From positions 54,633,280 to 54,688,475 of the forward strand of contig NC_068989.1 in assembly GCF_001194135.2 (NCBI RefSeq): DNA of 55,196 nucleotides, written 5' to 3'. The position numbers and the translations under genes were made by a program. The stretch comes from Octopus bimaculoides (Eukaryota). A model generated the notes under the pieces. The model saw only the letters and a program-made list of their open reading frames with translations, did no database searches and was not told where the DNA came from. Shown in pieces: positions 24,230-37,454 of the stretch. Numbering within the stretch: position 1 is the stretch's first letter; the number at the start of each line of letters is the position of its first letter.

Positions 24230-24830
24230 CATTTTTAGTACCAGTTGCAACTGTTTCGGTACGACTCCGTTTTAACGACTTAAACGCAGATAATTTCCTG
24301 TGAAAAGCTACGTAATATTTACTGGGTTTTACATTAGAATGGCACTTTATCAGACTTGCACCAAAGCATCAAAAAGTGTGCTCTTACGTTGTTCCTCCAC
24401 CTCACACAAATATGCAGCATTCCTTTTTCTTCCTGAGAAAACAAAAAAAAATCAGAATGCAGGACCTGGCACTAGTCCTGCTTCTCCTTATTTCAAAGAT
24501 TTGAGCAAAGTTGACTCCAGTATCGGGAACAATTTTGTGGAAGCATGAAGGCACGCTGTCAAAGCGCTGTTCTTTTAAAAGGAAACCTTACCTGTCATTG
24601 TGGTTTGTTAGCACAAAGCAGAGCAGGTCTGGCCGTCCACTCAAGAAAACATATAGTGAATGATCCACAAGTACTTATGTAAACTGAGTCCTCAACTTGT
24701 TTAAATTGCCAAAAGGTTTGCAAGGCGCCAGCAGGCCTCAAGAGACATATACATATTCGTGTTCATAGAACATGATTAACACATTATTTTTCTGAACTCT
24801 CATTTGTGGTCGCAACAAGAGAATCCAGTC
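24230..24830 (+). mobile_element. RTE/BovB-like LINE 3' end with two C2H2-like motifs and a (CATA)n tail
   Basis: CSIPFSS*E, then RTWH*SC..FQRFEQS*LQYREQ...TCHCGLLAQSRAGLAVHSRKH...TCLNCQKVCKAPAGLKRHIHIRVHRT*. A short UTR runs directly into (CATA)n at about 24832. Confidence 0.75.
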
Positions 24831-25724
24831 ATATACATACATACATACATACATACATACATGCATATACATACATACATATACATACATACATACATAC
24901 ATACATACATACATACATACATACGTATATACATATATATATATATATATNNNNNNNNNNATTAATAAAATAAAATTGAAATTAAAATTAAGAATAACAT
25001 TCATAGTTTACTGTTATTTCTTGCATGCGCGCATGGTCCTATCCTTGAACATGGTAATTCCAACTGTATATATATATATATATATACACTGTTGTATGAT
25101 TCTATATTTCTTTGTTCACCCAAACATACAACCATTGCACACATTAACATAGTGTAATAGTTGGCGATCAGTTCTTAGAAACCAGTCACGGGACAATTTT
25201 GAATTCCCCATTCGTCAATTTCAATGGTGATATTGTGTGTGTGCGCGTGTGTGTACATAGGTGCTAGACACTTTCATCAATCTATGTCAATTATGTTGAC
25301 GACAGTATTTCAGGTTGCAGTGACACAATTTTACTTACCCATGCTTCATCGTGTAACAGACACACCCATTAACCCGGCCAGATGGAATTCACATAAGACA
25401 AATTGATTATAGAATATCAAATATGTTATTAACTTTCTCTTGGGCTGCAAACTGCCACAAACGCTAAGGTGTTTGAGTAAATGTCAGGCAGAAAATAGTT
25501 TTCGAATTCTAGGATTTCAAATTTCATTTTCTTCCATGCAAATAAGCAGAATTGTAAAGTGGAGTAGCTAACAGATAGGAAGTAGCTAGTAGAGTAAAAT
25601 GAAGTAGCTAATAGATAGGAGGTAGGTTCAATCGATGGTATATCTCATGGAGAACTTTTAAATAAGTCCTTCAAGCAAAGTAAGCCTAATGAGAGCAGTT
25701 ATCATCTGGAATATTTAACACATA

Positions 25725-25885
25725 GGTGCGGGCGTGGCTGTGTGGAAAGAAACTTGCTTCTCAACCACATGCTTCCAGGTTCAGTCACACCGCGTGGCAC
25801 CTTGGGTAAGTGTCTTCTATTATAGCCTAGGGTCGACCAAAGCCTTGTGAGCGGATTTGGTAGGGGAAACTGGAAGAAGCTCGTC

Positions 25886-25890
<5 letters not shown>
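25725..25890 (+). mobile_element. SINE family C, 5' half
   Basis: ATAGGTGCGGGCGTGGCTGTGTGG..CAACCACATG..GGCACCTTGGGTAAGTGTCTTCTATTATAGCC, ending in (TA)n. Confidence 0.88.
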
Positions 25891-25921
<31 letters not shown>

Positions 25922-25925
<4 letters not shown>

Positions 25926-27030
25926 TGGTTGTCTACTCCTTACACAGAGTTTGACCACCTCATGCACCTACACCTTAGCCCTTTCATGGCGTCTGATGTG
26001 GCTTTTNNNNNNNNNNNNNNNNNNNNNNNNNNNNNNNNNNNNNNNNNNNNNNNNNNNNNNNNNNNNNNNNNNNNNNNNNNNNNNNNNNNNNNNNNNNNNN
26101 NNNNNNNNNNNNNNNNNNNNNNNNNNNNNNNNNNNNNNNNNNNNNNNNNNNNNNNNNNNNNNNNNNNNNNNNNNNNNNNNNNNNNNNNNNNNNNNNNNNN
26201 NNNNNNNNNNNNNNNNNNNNNNNNNNNNNNNNNNNNNNNNNNNNNNNNNNNNNNNNNNNNNNNNNNNNNNNNNNNNNNNNNNNNNNNNNNNNNNNNNNNN
26301 NNNNNNNNNNNNNNNNNNNNNNNNNNNNNNNNNNNNNNNNNNNNNNNNNNNNNNNNNNNNNNNNNNNNNNNNNNNNNNNNNNNNNNNNNNNNNNNNNNNN
26401 NNNNNNNNNNNNNNNNNNNNNNNNNNNNNNNNNNNNNNNNNNNNNNNNNNNNNNNNNNNNNNNNNNNNNNNNNNNNNNNNNNNNNNNNNNNNNNNNNNNN
26501 NNNNNNNNNNNNNNNNNNNNNNNNNNNNNNNNNNNNNNNNNNNNNNNNNNNNNNNNNNNNNNNNNNNNNNNNNNNNNNNNNNNNNNNNNNNNNNNNNNNN
26601 NNNNNNNNNNNNNNNNNNNNNNNNTCATCTGCCATTCGAACAATATGGCCACACCATCTCAATTGGTTCCTCAAAATCATGGCTTTAATTGAGGGGATGC
26701 CTGCAGATGCAAGGATATCTCTGTTTGGCGTAAAAGAATTCCATTTAATTCTTAAAATATGACGAAGGCATTTTTGGTGGAATTTTTCTAACATTTTAAA
26801 ATGCCTTTCATAACAGGTCCAAGTTTCATAGGAATACAATAGGGATGTTAAGACAAATGATTTGTAAAGAGCCAGCTTTGTATTGTTATTTATATGTCGC
26901 TGGCGCCAGACGCGTGACTCCAAGCCACCAAATGCTTTTGCTGCCCTTTGAATTCGCAGGTGTATTTCCGTATCAAGATTTCCATCATCTTGAACAGAGC
27001 TTCCCCAGGTAGACAAATGAATTGACAACC
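25922..27030 (-). mobile_element. 5'-truncated RTE/BovB-like LINE (RT C-terminus; middle lies in the gap)
   Basis: GSSVQDDGNLDTEIHLRIQRAAKAFGGLESRVW..TKLALYKSFVLTSLLYSYETWTCY..LEKFHQKCLRHILRIKW..QLRWCGHIVRMAD, typical of the RTE clade. Probable 3' end GACAACCACCA|(TA)n near 25922. Confidence 0.9.
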
Positions 27031-27047
27031 TCAAGTATATATACATA

Positions 27048-28246
27048 CAGGTATATTTTGCTAACTCTGTATAATCTTTGTTACAGAAAATAATACTGGC
27101 ACACCATCACTTTACTCAAGAAATGTACAGGCATGCTGTTTTTGTGGTTATACAGGGTGAGCATAGCAATTTAGAAATATCTCGATTTCAAGAAGTTGCC
27201 AGATCTTTCGTCTACAAAGTTTGTAATGAGCTAGAGACTGAAAATGGGAACGTATCAGAGCAGTTTCAAAGCATAGAAAAACAATTCTTAACGCTCTGAA
27301 ATCATCAGAACACCTGAATTTATCCAGCAAGTTCAACAGACCATTGATTATAATCTCAGAAAGTCAATGACGTCATTTGCAAAAGATCTCCATGTGTCAG
27401 AAGGAACAGTCAGAAATGTGGTCCAGGAAAGTATCAGATACAAGTCTTATATGATGAGAAAATGTCAATTTGTCAGAAAAAGCAAAAGAAAATTACTACA
27501 TCAGATCAAAAAGGCTCTTAAACAAACAGAAAAGATCCAACAGAAGACGATTTGATTTGATTTTTCTCAAACGAGAAAAACTTCGACCAAGATCAAAAAG
27601 TTAACAGAAGAAATGACAGATGTGAAGACCCTTCTGAAGTTCCAAGTATTATGCATACAAAATTTCCTGCAACTGTCATGGTTTTAGGAGTTGTCAGCAA
27701 TGAATGACATATAAGAGTTAGCTTAGAGTTAACTCTGCCGCCGACATTGAGGTTCTGGAAATAATTGTTAAGCCCTGGATAGACAGTGTATGCAATGGAA
27801 GGCAATATGTGTTTCAGTAAGACTCTGCACTATCACACATGGCTCTAGTATCACAGGAATGGATGGCTGAACATTTTCATGATCACATAACATCTAACAT
27901 TTGGCCTCCTAATTCTCCAGATCTGAATCCATTGGTCTATTTATATGTCGAGCGTTTTGAGAGAGGGGTTCACTGAACACGTCCATAACACCAAAGATTC
28001 TTTGAGAGCTGCCATATTCAGAGTAATGTTCAAAATGAACCAAGACCATTTGATTCGAATATGTAGATGATTTAGATCTCATATAGAAGCTGTTGCTGAA
28101 GCTGAAGGTGGTTTTATTGAATAACATTGTAGAACAGGTTTACTTTTATCCTCATAGCATTTTTTGATAAATAAAGCTATTATCTGTTTTTGTATATCTG
28201 CTTTTTTATAAACATAAATCGGTCCTCAAATATCTTACGCACTCTG
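27048..28246 (+). mobile_element. Tc1/mariner-superfamily DD37D (maT) transposon, decayed
   Basis: HTH remnant FAKDLHVSEGTVRNVVQESIRYKSY, then FSNEKNFDQDQKVNRRNDR, HTKFPATVMVLGVVS, YVFQ*DSA...WPPNSPDLNPL(V)Y. I count 37 residues between the second D (27821) and the third-D position (27935, GAC>GTC). The right TIR-like end is ...CTTACGCACTCTG near 28246; the left TIR is damaged. Confidence 0.88.
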
Positions 28247-28701
28247 TGTACATACATTAATATATATATTCTTATGTCAGTAGTTACTATCAGCTTGTAT
28301 GATGTTTCACCTGGAGTGACTCCGGGAGACGTCTGAAGTAAAATTACAATTATTATATTCCGCCGCCAAATAAATGAGTTCTATATTTATGATTTACATG
28401 CATTCTTAACCGTATTAAGAAAGTCTTTGTTATACTCCCCCACACACACACACATACACGCACACACACACACACATATATATGCACATATTTATACATG
28501 CATGCATTTATTGTTTGTTGTAAAGACAGTATTTTTTGTTTCCTCTTATGATTTAATGTCTGTATCGATGAATAAGATTTTGATTAGTTGTACTACAAGA
28601 TATTCCACATATGGCTGATAAAGATGATTACGGTATTTTGTGGACGGTTTTCAGTTCGAGTGCCTTAGACAGCATTATGTCTAAAGCAGTTCTATTTAGA
28701 T

Positions 28702-28915
28702 CAGTCATTCACAACCGGGTTCCATAAAACCCTTGGGGGCTATAATCTAGGTACACTTCTACCATACACAAGATATTTTAACATTTTGTTTCATGCAATA
28801 ATATTTAATTCGTAAAACATTATCGGATATTTTAAACATTGAATGGCTATGAAGGACCAACCGAGTAAAATAAGAATCAATGGGGACCATAGGTAAAAGC
28901 AGTTTCGAAATACTG
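28702..28915. mobile_element. hAT (Charlie-like) MITE
   Basis: Degenerate TIRs CAGTCATTCACAACC / GTTTCGAAATACTG. 8-bp TSD ATTTAGAT (28694-28701) and GTTTAGAT (28916-28923), 7/8 identical. Confidence 0.7.
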
Positions 28916-29469
28916 GTTTAGATAAATGGCTTATATGTGATACATTATGCACATTGTAACCTTGTCAGAAAACCCTTACTTGTCACTCTTCTAATTACTG
29001 GTTAACTTTAATAAACTTGGATATAAATAGTTATGATGATGAAGCTCTGCTAATATATGGATCAATTAGAAAGAATTTCAACCACGATCAATACGTATTT
29101 CTCCCAGTTCTTAGTATACGCCTTAAAAGCAAGGATACAGGTAAATACGGATAAAATCTAGCACTGAATATAGAAAGAAGCGTGTTCAGCGAATATTTCC
29201 TCATAGTTTAAAGCTCTCTGATACTGCAACCATTGTACAAAATTTACAAGTTTCTAAATTTGCTAATGAGAGCTGCATTTCTTTGTTAACCACGAAATTT
29301 CTGTAGAATATCCGCCAGAACCGTACTGAGAGTTTTACATCAACTAATAAGGGAAATTTCTGCAAACATTTTGAAATATGAAATAAGCAATAATTTGTTC
29401 TTCCGTGAAAATATCTTTCTCTGAGATAATTCTTTTTGGTGCTGGTGTTCAATTATTTCGTTCATTTCT

Positions 29470-29720
29470 TTTACTTCCTTCAGTCATTAGACTGTGGCCA
29501 TGCTGGGGCACCGTCTTGAAGAATTTTCAGTCGAAAGAATCAACCCCAGTACTTATCTCTTTTTAATGCCTGTAACTTATTCTATAGATTCTTTTGCCGA
29601 ACCGCTAAGTTACGGGGACGTAAACACACCAACACTGGTTGTCAAGCAGTGGTGGGGACAAATACAGACAAAAAGGCACACACACACACACTCACAAACA
29701 CACACAAACACCCCACACAC
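29470..29720 (-). mobile_element. SINE family C, 3' half (an older partial copy follows at about 29890-30170)
   Basis: CAGTCATTAGACTGTGGCCATGCTGGGGCACCG..GAACCGCTAAGTTACGGGGACGTAAACACACC. Confidence 0.88.
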
Positions 29721-30238
29721 ATACACACACCCATTATCCTATCTATCAATATATATATATACTCACATATGATTACATAGAGTGTCGAGGAACTCTTTTT
29801 ACTCGAACGTGAAAATAAAAAGTTTTTTAATAACTTGTATGAAAGACGTTTGAATATAAATAAATTTAACCAGTGTTTTTGTATGCTTTTGTCTTTACAT
29901 CTTTCACTGGTTTCATACATAAAACTGCGGCCATGATAGGCACAACTTTTCAAGGTTTTATCGAAAAAATTGATCACAGTGTTATCTTTTAAGTCTTGTA
30001 TTCATTATATCCATCTCTTTTGTCAAACCACTTTTTTTATGGAGACGCTAGCGAATCGATACCGGTTTTCAAGCATTAGTTCTCAAGAAGTGGGGCAAAC
30101 ACAAAAACATACAACATAAACACAAACGCACTCACACATACGACGCGCTTCCACACAGACTCCGTAAGTTTATTTTATTATCTGTGTTCTTTTGCGTAGT
30201 GAGACTGAAGGAAACGGTAGTTTCCCTGACTTTCGCAG

Positions 30239-30308
30239 GCCCTTCTGCGTTGGTGTGACGTTGATACCAACTCCCACTGGAAAGAAACTAGCAGAGAGAG
30301 AATTCCAG
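30239..30308 (+). other. Candidate exon (unverified)
   Basis: CCCTGACTTTCGCAG acceptor and CAG|GTGATT donor; 70 nt, open as ALLRWCDVDTNSHWKETSRERIP. No homolog recognised. Confidence 0.2.
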
Positions 30309-31644
30309 GTGATTATCAATCATGGAAGGAAAGACAGACTAAGAGTGGTTATTAGTTTGGGATCTGGAAATATTAGATAGAGCCAGGGTGATTGGAAGAG
30401 AGGGCGAAATAAGTCTAGACTATATGAGTGAAGTTAGCATAAACCCAAACCAGATCCAAGGAGCGGAGGCCATTAAAGCAGCGGTAGAAAAGGCAGAACT
30501 GCTAACTTCAAATAAAGCTCAAGTGTAAGCAACTGTTAGATGGATGGAAACACATATTATGTATGAAGCGCTCAATAAGTAGGATCAATATTTGACGAGA
30601 GAAAGATAATATTAACTAACGACTTATACCATAATTTAAAATCTATTCATGCATCTTCGTTATATTATGTAAGCTTTACATCTCAACTTGTCTGGAAGAT
30701 TGTATTGATTTTTATTCGCTAGGTCATTGCTGTATATACATAAAGATTGCTAGTTCAAATTTAATCTCGTGCTACGTTCGTATTTAGTAATGACACTTGA
30801 AAGCGATCAAAGGTAAAACTGATCAGCGTATAGTATTGAGACCTTAAATATACAATCTGGAAAAGAGATTGTCTAGGACAACAAAGATATCATTAGCAAC
30901 CAAGGCATCACCATGTGGTTAAGGAATTTTCTCAGCAATGATAATATTCCCTGGGGTCGATTCTCGGCGTGGAATCTGGGGCAGTTGTCACTCGGTCACC
31001 AGTTTGACAAATGTATTATGGGTGTAATATGGTAGAAGAAATTATGAAGAAGCCTTTTATATATATATGCGTGTACGTGTATATTCATATATATGTATAT
31101 ATATATGTGTGTGCGCGTGTGTGTGTGTGTATGTACGTATGTACGTGTATATATAAATATATGTTATATAAATATGTGTGTGTGTGTGTGTGCTTAATGT
31201 TTAATATCATTGCACTAATCATTGAACAAAGCTTTACAAATAAGGTATTAGTGTAACGCTTTAGTTGAGAAAGAAAGTTTCTTAACATTTAGAGCGTATC
31301 ACCTTCATCCGAGAAAAGACTAAGAGAGGGAAGCATAGAGTGAGTGAGAAAGATAAATAATTGGTGGAAAACAGGTAAAGGATCAAAAACTCTGTGGAAA
31401 TGCTGTTCTATGAAGGAAGTCTATTCAGAATGGACTAAGCAAACCTAGAGGAGGCACGTTGGATGAAGAGGTCACAGGATGTGTGACGAAAGATTTCTGA
31501 CAAAGGACACAAAAATAAGAAAAGTAATAAAGCTGAAGAGAAGAAAGAATATATAGTGCGTGTTTATTTGTAAAAAAAAAATCCTCCCAGTCCTCTAGCA
31601 TGGCCACAGCCTTAGGGTTGAAGCATGTAAAAGAGTAAAAGAAA

Positions 31645-31680
<36 letters not shown>

Positions 31681-32068
31681 TTCTGTGTTTTGTAATCTGT
31701 TTTATGCTTACCGGTTTAAAGTCGTTTGTCAATTTGTGTCCCTATATTTCACATTTTCAAAACAGCATCTGATCTCTTCGGTAGAACAGATATTGATCAA
31801 ATAGAAATTGGACTGAAATAAATTCTAGGTCCGATACAATTGATTAAAAATCCTTGAAGATGACCATCCGACTTAACCGCAGCCATGAAGTAAAGAAGTA
31901 ACTAATTTCCTGTATTTACAGTGCTTTTGCTTTTCATTTTTGATTTCAAATAAAGGACATAATGTCATATAAGTTTTCCCTTGTTGCTCATCTTTATCAG
32001 AGCATTGCTTCAACTGTATTGTTAAATGTCCTGATGTAGCAGAAAAGAAATGGTTACATACAGATATG

Positions 32069-32147
<79 letters not shown>

Positions 32148-32149
32148 AT

Positions 32150-32189
<40 letters not shown>

Positions 32190-32699
32190 TTAGAAAGATA
32201 GATTGATAGATATAGATACATATATATGCATATACATACACGCATATTTACTTATATACATACAAACACATGTATATACATGTANNNNNNNNNNNNNNNN
32301 NNNNNNNNNNNNNNNNNNNNNNNNNNNNNNNNNNNNNNNNNNNNNNNNNNNNNNNNNNNNNNNNNNNNNNNNNNNNNNNNNNNNNNNNNNNNNNNNNNNN
32401 NNNNNNNNNNNNNNNNNNNNNNNNNNNNNNNNNNNNNNNNNNNNNNNNNNNNNNNNNNNNNNNNNNNNNNNNNNNNNNNNNNNNNNNNNNNNNNNNNNNN
32501 NNNNNNNNNNNNNNNNNNNNNNNNNNNNNNNNNNNNNNNNNNNNNNNNNNNNNNNNNNNNNNNNNNNNNNNNNNNNNNNNNNNNNNNNNNNNNNNNNNNN
32601 TAATAGGCACCAACACTGGCACCGAAAAGAATCTGCCAAAATTGCTAGTTGTTACCAAGACATATTAACTCGCAAATAGCAGCTGTCTGTATTGTAATT

Positions 32700-32917
32700 G
32701 TGGAGGCGCGTGGCTTAGTGGTTAGGGTGTCAGTACCATGATCGTAAGATTGTGGTTTCGATTCCTGTACTGGGCGACGCGTTGTGTTCTTGAGAAAAAC
32801 ACTTCATTTGACGTTGCTCCAGTTCCCTCAGCTGGCAAAAATGAGTAACGCTGCGATAGACTGGCGTCCCGTCCAGCTGGAGAACGCATACGCCATTGAA
32901 ACCGGGAAACCGGGCTG
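32700..32917 (+). mobile_element. SINE family A
   Basis: GTGGAGGCGCGTGGCTTAGTGGTTAGGG..GGTTTCGATTCC..GAAACCGGGAAACCGGGC. Confidence 0.92.
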
Positions 32918-33699
32918 GGCTTTAAAATAGCGCAAGAAGTATTGTAATTTTATTCCACATATTTCCCTCTATATTTATAAAGAAGACTAGGTTCGATTCA
33001 GTTGACTAAAACTCATCAAATCGGTTCCTCATCAAGGCCGCTGTCTATGACTGAAACAAGTAAAAGGTAAAAAATAAACGATATAATAATAAAAAAAAAC
33101 AGTGGACGACGGAATGGGTGTGGGGCAGAAACTGATAAATTATAAACTAAAAGCTTATGCAATATTTGGTTTCATTCCTCTAGGTTTGTATTTCAATACA
33201 TACCGGAATCGACATTAGTTTTCGTCACTTCGAGGCAAAAAAAAAGAGACACCTGCCGTATAGTGAACTGAGTTCAGTCTATTAAATTCCTTCTTAAACG
33301 TGGGTTTGTGAAAACATTAGATCCAGTATATGGTCATTCAATATCTTTAAGTGTCGTAAAAAAAAAAAAACATTTTAGTGTGACTCTCTTTCATGGTGCC
33401 TGATAAAGTTTTGTCAGTTTTTGCTTTTAACTTACTTTCACTAATTAAAGAATGAAATATTCACATAGTCGAATAAATTATAATGTTGTGACAAACGTTT
33501 TGTGCAAGAGACCTTCGTCAGAGAAAGCTGATTGGATTTTGTACACGTCGCTACCCTGTTTGTGTTTCTCCGAATAATTTGTGATTTCACTATGAAGTTT
33601 TTGTCCGAATACAGGAAGCAAGAATATAGCTAGTTTTCTCAGTTCTAAATGCTGCAATGTATGGTTTGGACAGGTTTTTGTGACATTCACGAACTTTGT

Positions 33700-33807
33700 G
33701 CAAATACTGTCTCCTCTCTCTCTACCACACACATGCACACACTCACACACACACACACACACTCTCTCTCTCTACCACATACACACGCACCCACACACAC
33801 ACACACA

Positions 33808-33847
<40 letters not shown>

Positions 33848-34370
33848 ATCTATCTGTCTATCTATTTATCTAGCTCTATCTGTCTACCTATCTTTGTCAC
33901 ACAGTCATCCCCTCCTCTCAACTCGTCACTGTTCTTCATTCATCTCTTTCTCTTTCATCTATATCACTCTGCATCTTACATATGTTCTCTCTCTCTTTTC
34001 TTAACTTTCTCTTTCACTCTCTCTCCTGTCTTATTCTTCCCCTCTTTCTCTAACTCGCTATCTTCCTCTCCATTTTTTTCTTACTCGCTCATTTATTAAT
34101 TCTCCTTTCTCTCTCTCTCTCTCTCACTCTCTCTCTCTCTCCCTTTTCTTATTTGTCCTTTATTCTTTCTCTTCTTTCTCTTCTGTCACTTATGTCTTGC
34201 CCTCTCCCCACTCCTGTTATTCTGTAACTTACTCATTCTCTCTCATTCGCTATTTCTCTTTACTTCTTTCCCCAAAACTCTATCTCCCCTTCTCTTCCTC
34301 CCTTCCTCTCTGTCTCTCTGTCACTGTTTCTCTCCCTGCCCCCTCTCTCTCTGTTTCTCATTCATTCTCA
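33700..34370. repeat. (CA)/(CT)-rich low-complexity tract
   Basis: Direct reading. Confidence 0.85.
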
Positions 34371-35239
34371 AAGCAAATTAAAAACCCAGCAAAAATAATG
34401 CGTGTAAATTGTCGTCGCTATACGTAACTTTATATTTTAGGGTGCTAAACACAAGAACCGCTTGATCAACCCATTTTCTTCTTGACAAAGGGGGAACAAA
34501 CACATAATTACATCACACTGCAGCACGCCAGACAAAATGCATTGCGTGCACTTTGTGCAGTATATTCATATATAAAAATGAAGAAACCAAGTTTTATAAC
34601 AAGAAGAAAGAAAAAAAGGCACAACGGCGAAGAAATGTTTATTCATGCAAAATGAAGGAGCAGATTATTAGATTATACTAAAACTGTAACAGCTTGTCCA
34701 AACATTTCGCTTCTAACTGACCACATCACCATTCAGCCAATTGATTTGAACACATGCATGACTCTACTGTTACTTTAGGGGAAAACAGTGAGGAGAAGGT
34801 GTGACGTCCATAAGGTTTAAGGTATATACTATATAAAGAAGAAATCGATTATTTATTTGTTTAATGGTTTTAGTGAATAGGAAAGATCTATCATCTCTGA
34901 TCTATGCCCCTCTTTAGGATCTGCGGAGCTAGTGGAAGGAAAAAAGAAAGTTCTTCTCAGACTGAAGACCTGTGTTGGATGTTTGAAAGACTGGGGGCTC
35001 TGATGAATGTAACTAAATGCCATGTAGTAATGTTTAAACAGGACCTTGCATGTAACAGAAACGCTCCATTCCAATAAGCTGCTATAGAGTTAAATTTCAC
35101 CTACCAAGGTTTGGTCAACCTAACACAATGGTAGAAGACACTTGCCTGTGGTGACATCATTGTGGGATCGAACTTGAAATGACATACTTGCAAACCCATG
35201 AGAAGATACTGAATTGTACTGTTCTTAAATATATTATAA

Positions 35240-35405
35240 TTAGCCTCATCACACTGGTTCCGTTTGCCAAATTCACACACAAAATATTTGTCGGTTAGGG
35301 GCTATAGTAGAAAGCGCTTGCACAAGGTGCTGCGCAGTGGGAACGAACCCCAAACCATGTGGTTGCAAAGTGAGCTTCTTATTGACCGCGCAGGCAAGCC
35401 TGCAC
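35240..35405 (-). mobile_element. SINE family C, 5' half (an older fragment lies at about 35090-35200)
   Basis: GCTATAGTAGAAAGCGCTTGCACAAGGTGCTGCGCAGTGGGAACGAACCCCAAACCATGTGGTTG. Confidence 0.8.
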
Positions 35406-35429
35406 TCATGTATGTATGTATGTATATGT

Positions 35430-35482
<53 letters not shown>

Positions 35483-35499
35483 TGTGTGTGTGTGTGTGA

Positions 35500-36689
35500 A
35501 GTCGCTCTTGAGTGCTATTGGTAACATGTAACCCAATACAACCTGTTGCATGATCGGGTCATCGGCGACTAAGCTGGCAACTCCACCAAGCTTGCTTGTT
35601 GAGGAGGGTAATTGTTGGGTACCCTGCGGGACGAAAAGTAAGACTTGTCAAAAAGGCGGAGGAACGCATGAGTGGTCAACGGCCATCCAACAATATGAGT
35701 ATATGTATAACTTGTTTTATCTTATTTCATTTATATTTTAAATTTGATGTAAATTTCATACATTAGCGGGCAGATGGGTTAAAGGCATCGCATCTAAGAG
35801 AGGAAAACTCTGATATAAAACCAAGTCTTTGATTGCTGAGAGTCTCTTTAACAGGGATGTACTATCAGTAGATCGTAATTCATAGGGTAGACTAGGCTCA
35901 CCAGCTTGTTTATAGCGACTTGTCTAGATGGAAATCTCTGAAGTAAAAGCCTGAGGTGTGTTGTTCTTGATATTGTGCCACATATGTGCACCATATTCTT
36001 GCTATCATCGCTTCCAAAAATTGTGGCTGGTTCTACACAAGCCTTCAATACTTGTATCATATGTGTGGGTTTTCTGACAACTTACATTTATTCATTCAAA
36101 ACTGCACACAGCGCCAACTTGCAAAAACAAAAAAGTTCACTGGCGAGAGAGTGAAAGTAGCAGGGACAGGTAAAGGATATTACTGGAAATCTCCTGCTAA
36201 ATCCCTACACGGTCGGCGACCATTGAGTGATCGCCGTTCCCACGCAGAAGTAATTGTGGTGACAAAGCAGGTTTATTTAGACCCAGCACAGCTTTCCCCA
36301 ACAGGGGGAAGGACGAGAAAATGAGATCTAAACGTTGCTTACTCACCTTAAACTTGGCAGCCCGTTGTCGCTGTCTGATAATTCAGTAACGCAGTCGAGA
36401 AATGTAAGAATATTAACCTTGGTTCTTGAAATGTGCGCATTCTCCAAGACAATCACTCAGCCCCAGAACGATAAAAAAAGCACTGGTTGCTTTTGAACTA
36501 AAGAAATACAACATTGGCATAACTGCACTCAGTGAAACTCGTCTTGCAGGATCATCACAGTTAGAAGAACATAAAGGTGGATACATATTTTTCTGGTATG
36601 GAAGAAATGAGGACGAGCCACGCCACTCTGGTGATGGTCTTGCCATCAAAACAGAAATAGCTAGATTACTTCTTTCTCTACCCGTATAA
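35500..36689 (+). mobile_element. RTE/BovB-like LINE 5' part (5' UTR-like region and APE N-terminus), 3'-truncated
   Basis: NINLGS*NVRILQD (cf. LGTWNVRTL), PER, then after a frameshift KALVAFELKKYNIGITALSETRL...GYIFFWYG...HSGDGLAIK. The 5' boundary is approximate. Confidence 0.8.
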
Positions 36690-36699
36690 ATATATATAT

Positions 36700-36818
36700 A
36701 TCAACAAAATCCACTTACAAAGTCGTCCCGAAGCTACAGTAAAAGAAACTTGCCCAAGGTGTCACGCAGTGGAACTAAACCCGGAATCATATGGAAAACT
36801 TCTTACCGCTCAGCCCCG
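36700..36818 (-). mobile_element. SINE family C, 5' fragment
   Basis: CTTGCCCAAGGTGTCACGCAGTGGAACTAAACCCGGAATCAT. Confidence 0.75.
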
Positions 36819-37454
36819 TGAGCGTCTGAGAATATTGTTGTTTAGTTATTATTCTAATTTTCATTGCTCCATATTATATAACATTCTAACCATACTGGTA
36901 CTGCAACACAGAACTTCTCCACATTGCTACCATTTCTCCATCGAATACTAAGTAAAATATTTATCATGGAATTAAAATTAAATTGCTAAACATAAACCAA
37001 CACTGAACAAACTTCACATCCTGGTTGCACAACAAATGCCGGACATCCTTGATTTGGTGACAGCCCCCTTTTTTATGTTTAATTTATATACTTATTTACT
37101 TAATGTAGAATCCTGTTCTTACTAGTTGGCAATATAAACCTGCTCAATAACGACCAATGCACCAATAAGAAAAAGCATTTTTCACAGAATTTCAATTTGT
37201 CTCTTAAATCTAGGTCTATAAAGTCAGTTACCTTCTCAAATATTATTATCTCGTAGAAAGCCTCCGTGGACCTCAGACATATAAGTTTACCAAACGAATT
37301 ATTAGTCATCCCTAAGAAAGTACGAAAATAATTCATATCTATACAGGTACCCACATGCATACACACACACACACATACACACACATAAATGCATTCAGAT
37401 ATATAAGTTCGTATGCTTGTATACGTCTGTGTGCGTGTGTACATTTGGGTTACA

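Noticed and set aside
33485-33525. Minus-strand CTGACGAAGG...AAAACGTTTGTC hammerhead-like motif
   Set aside because: Stem II cannot pair, GAAA is AAAA, there is no stem I, and no Penelope sequence is nearby.
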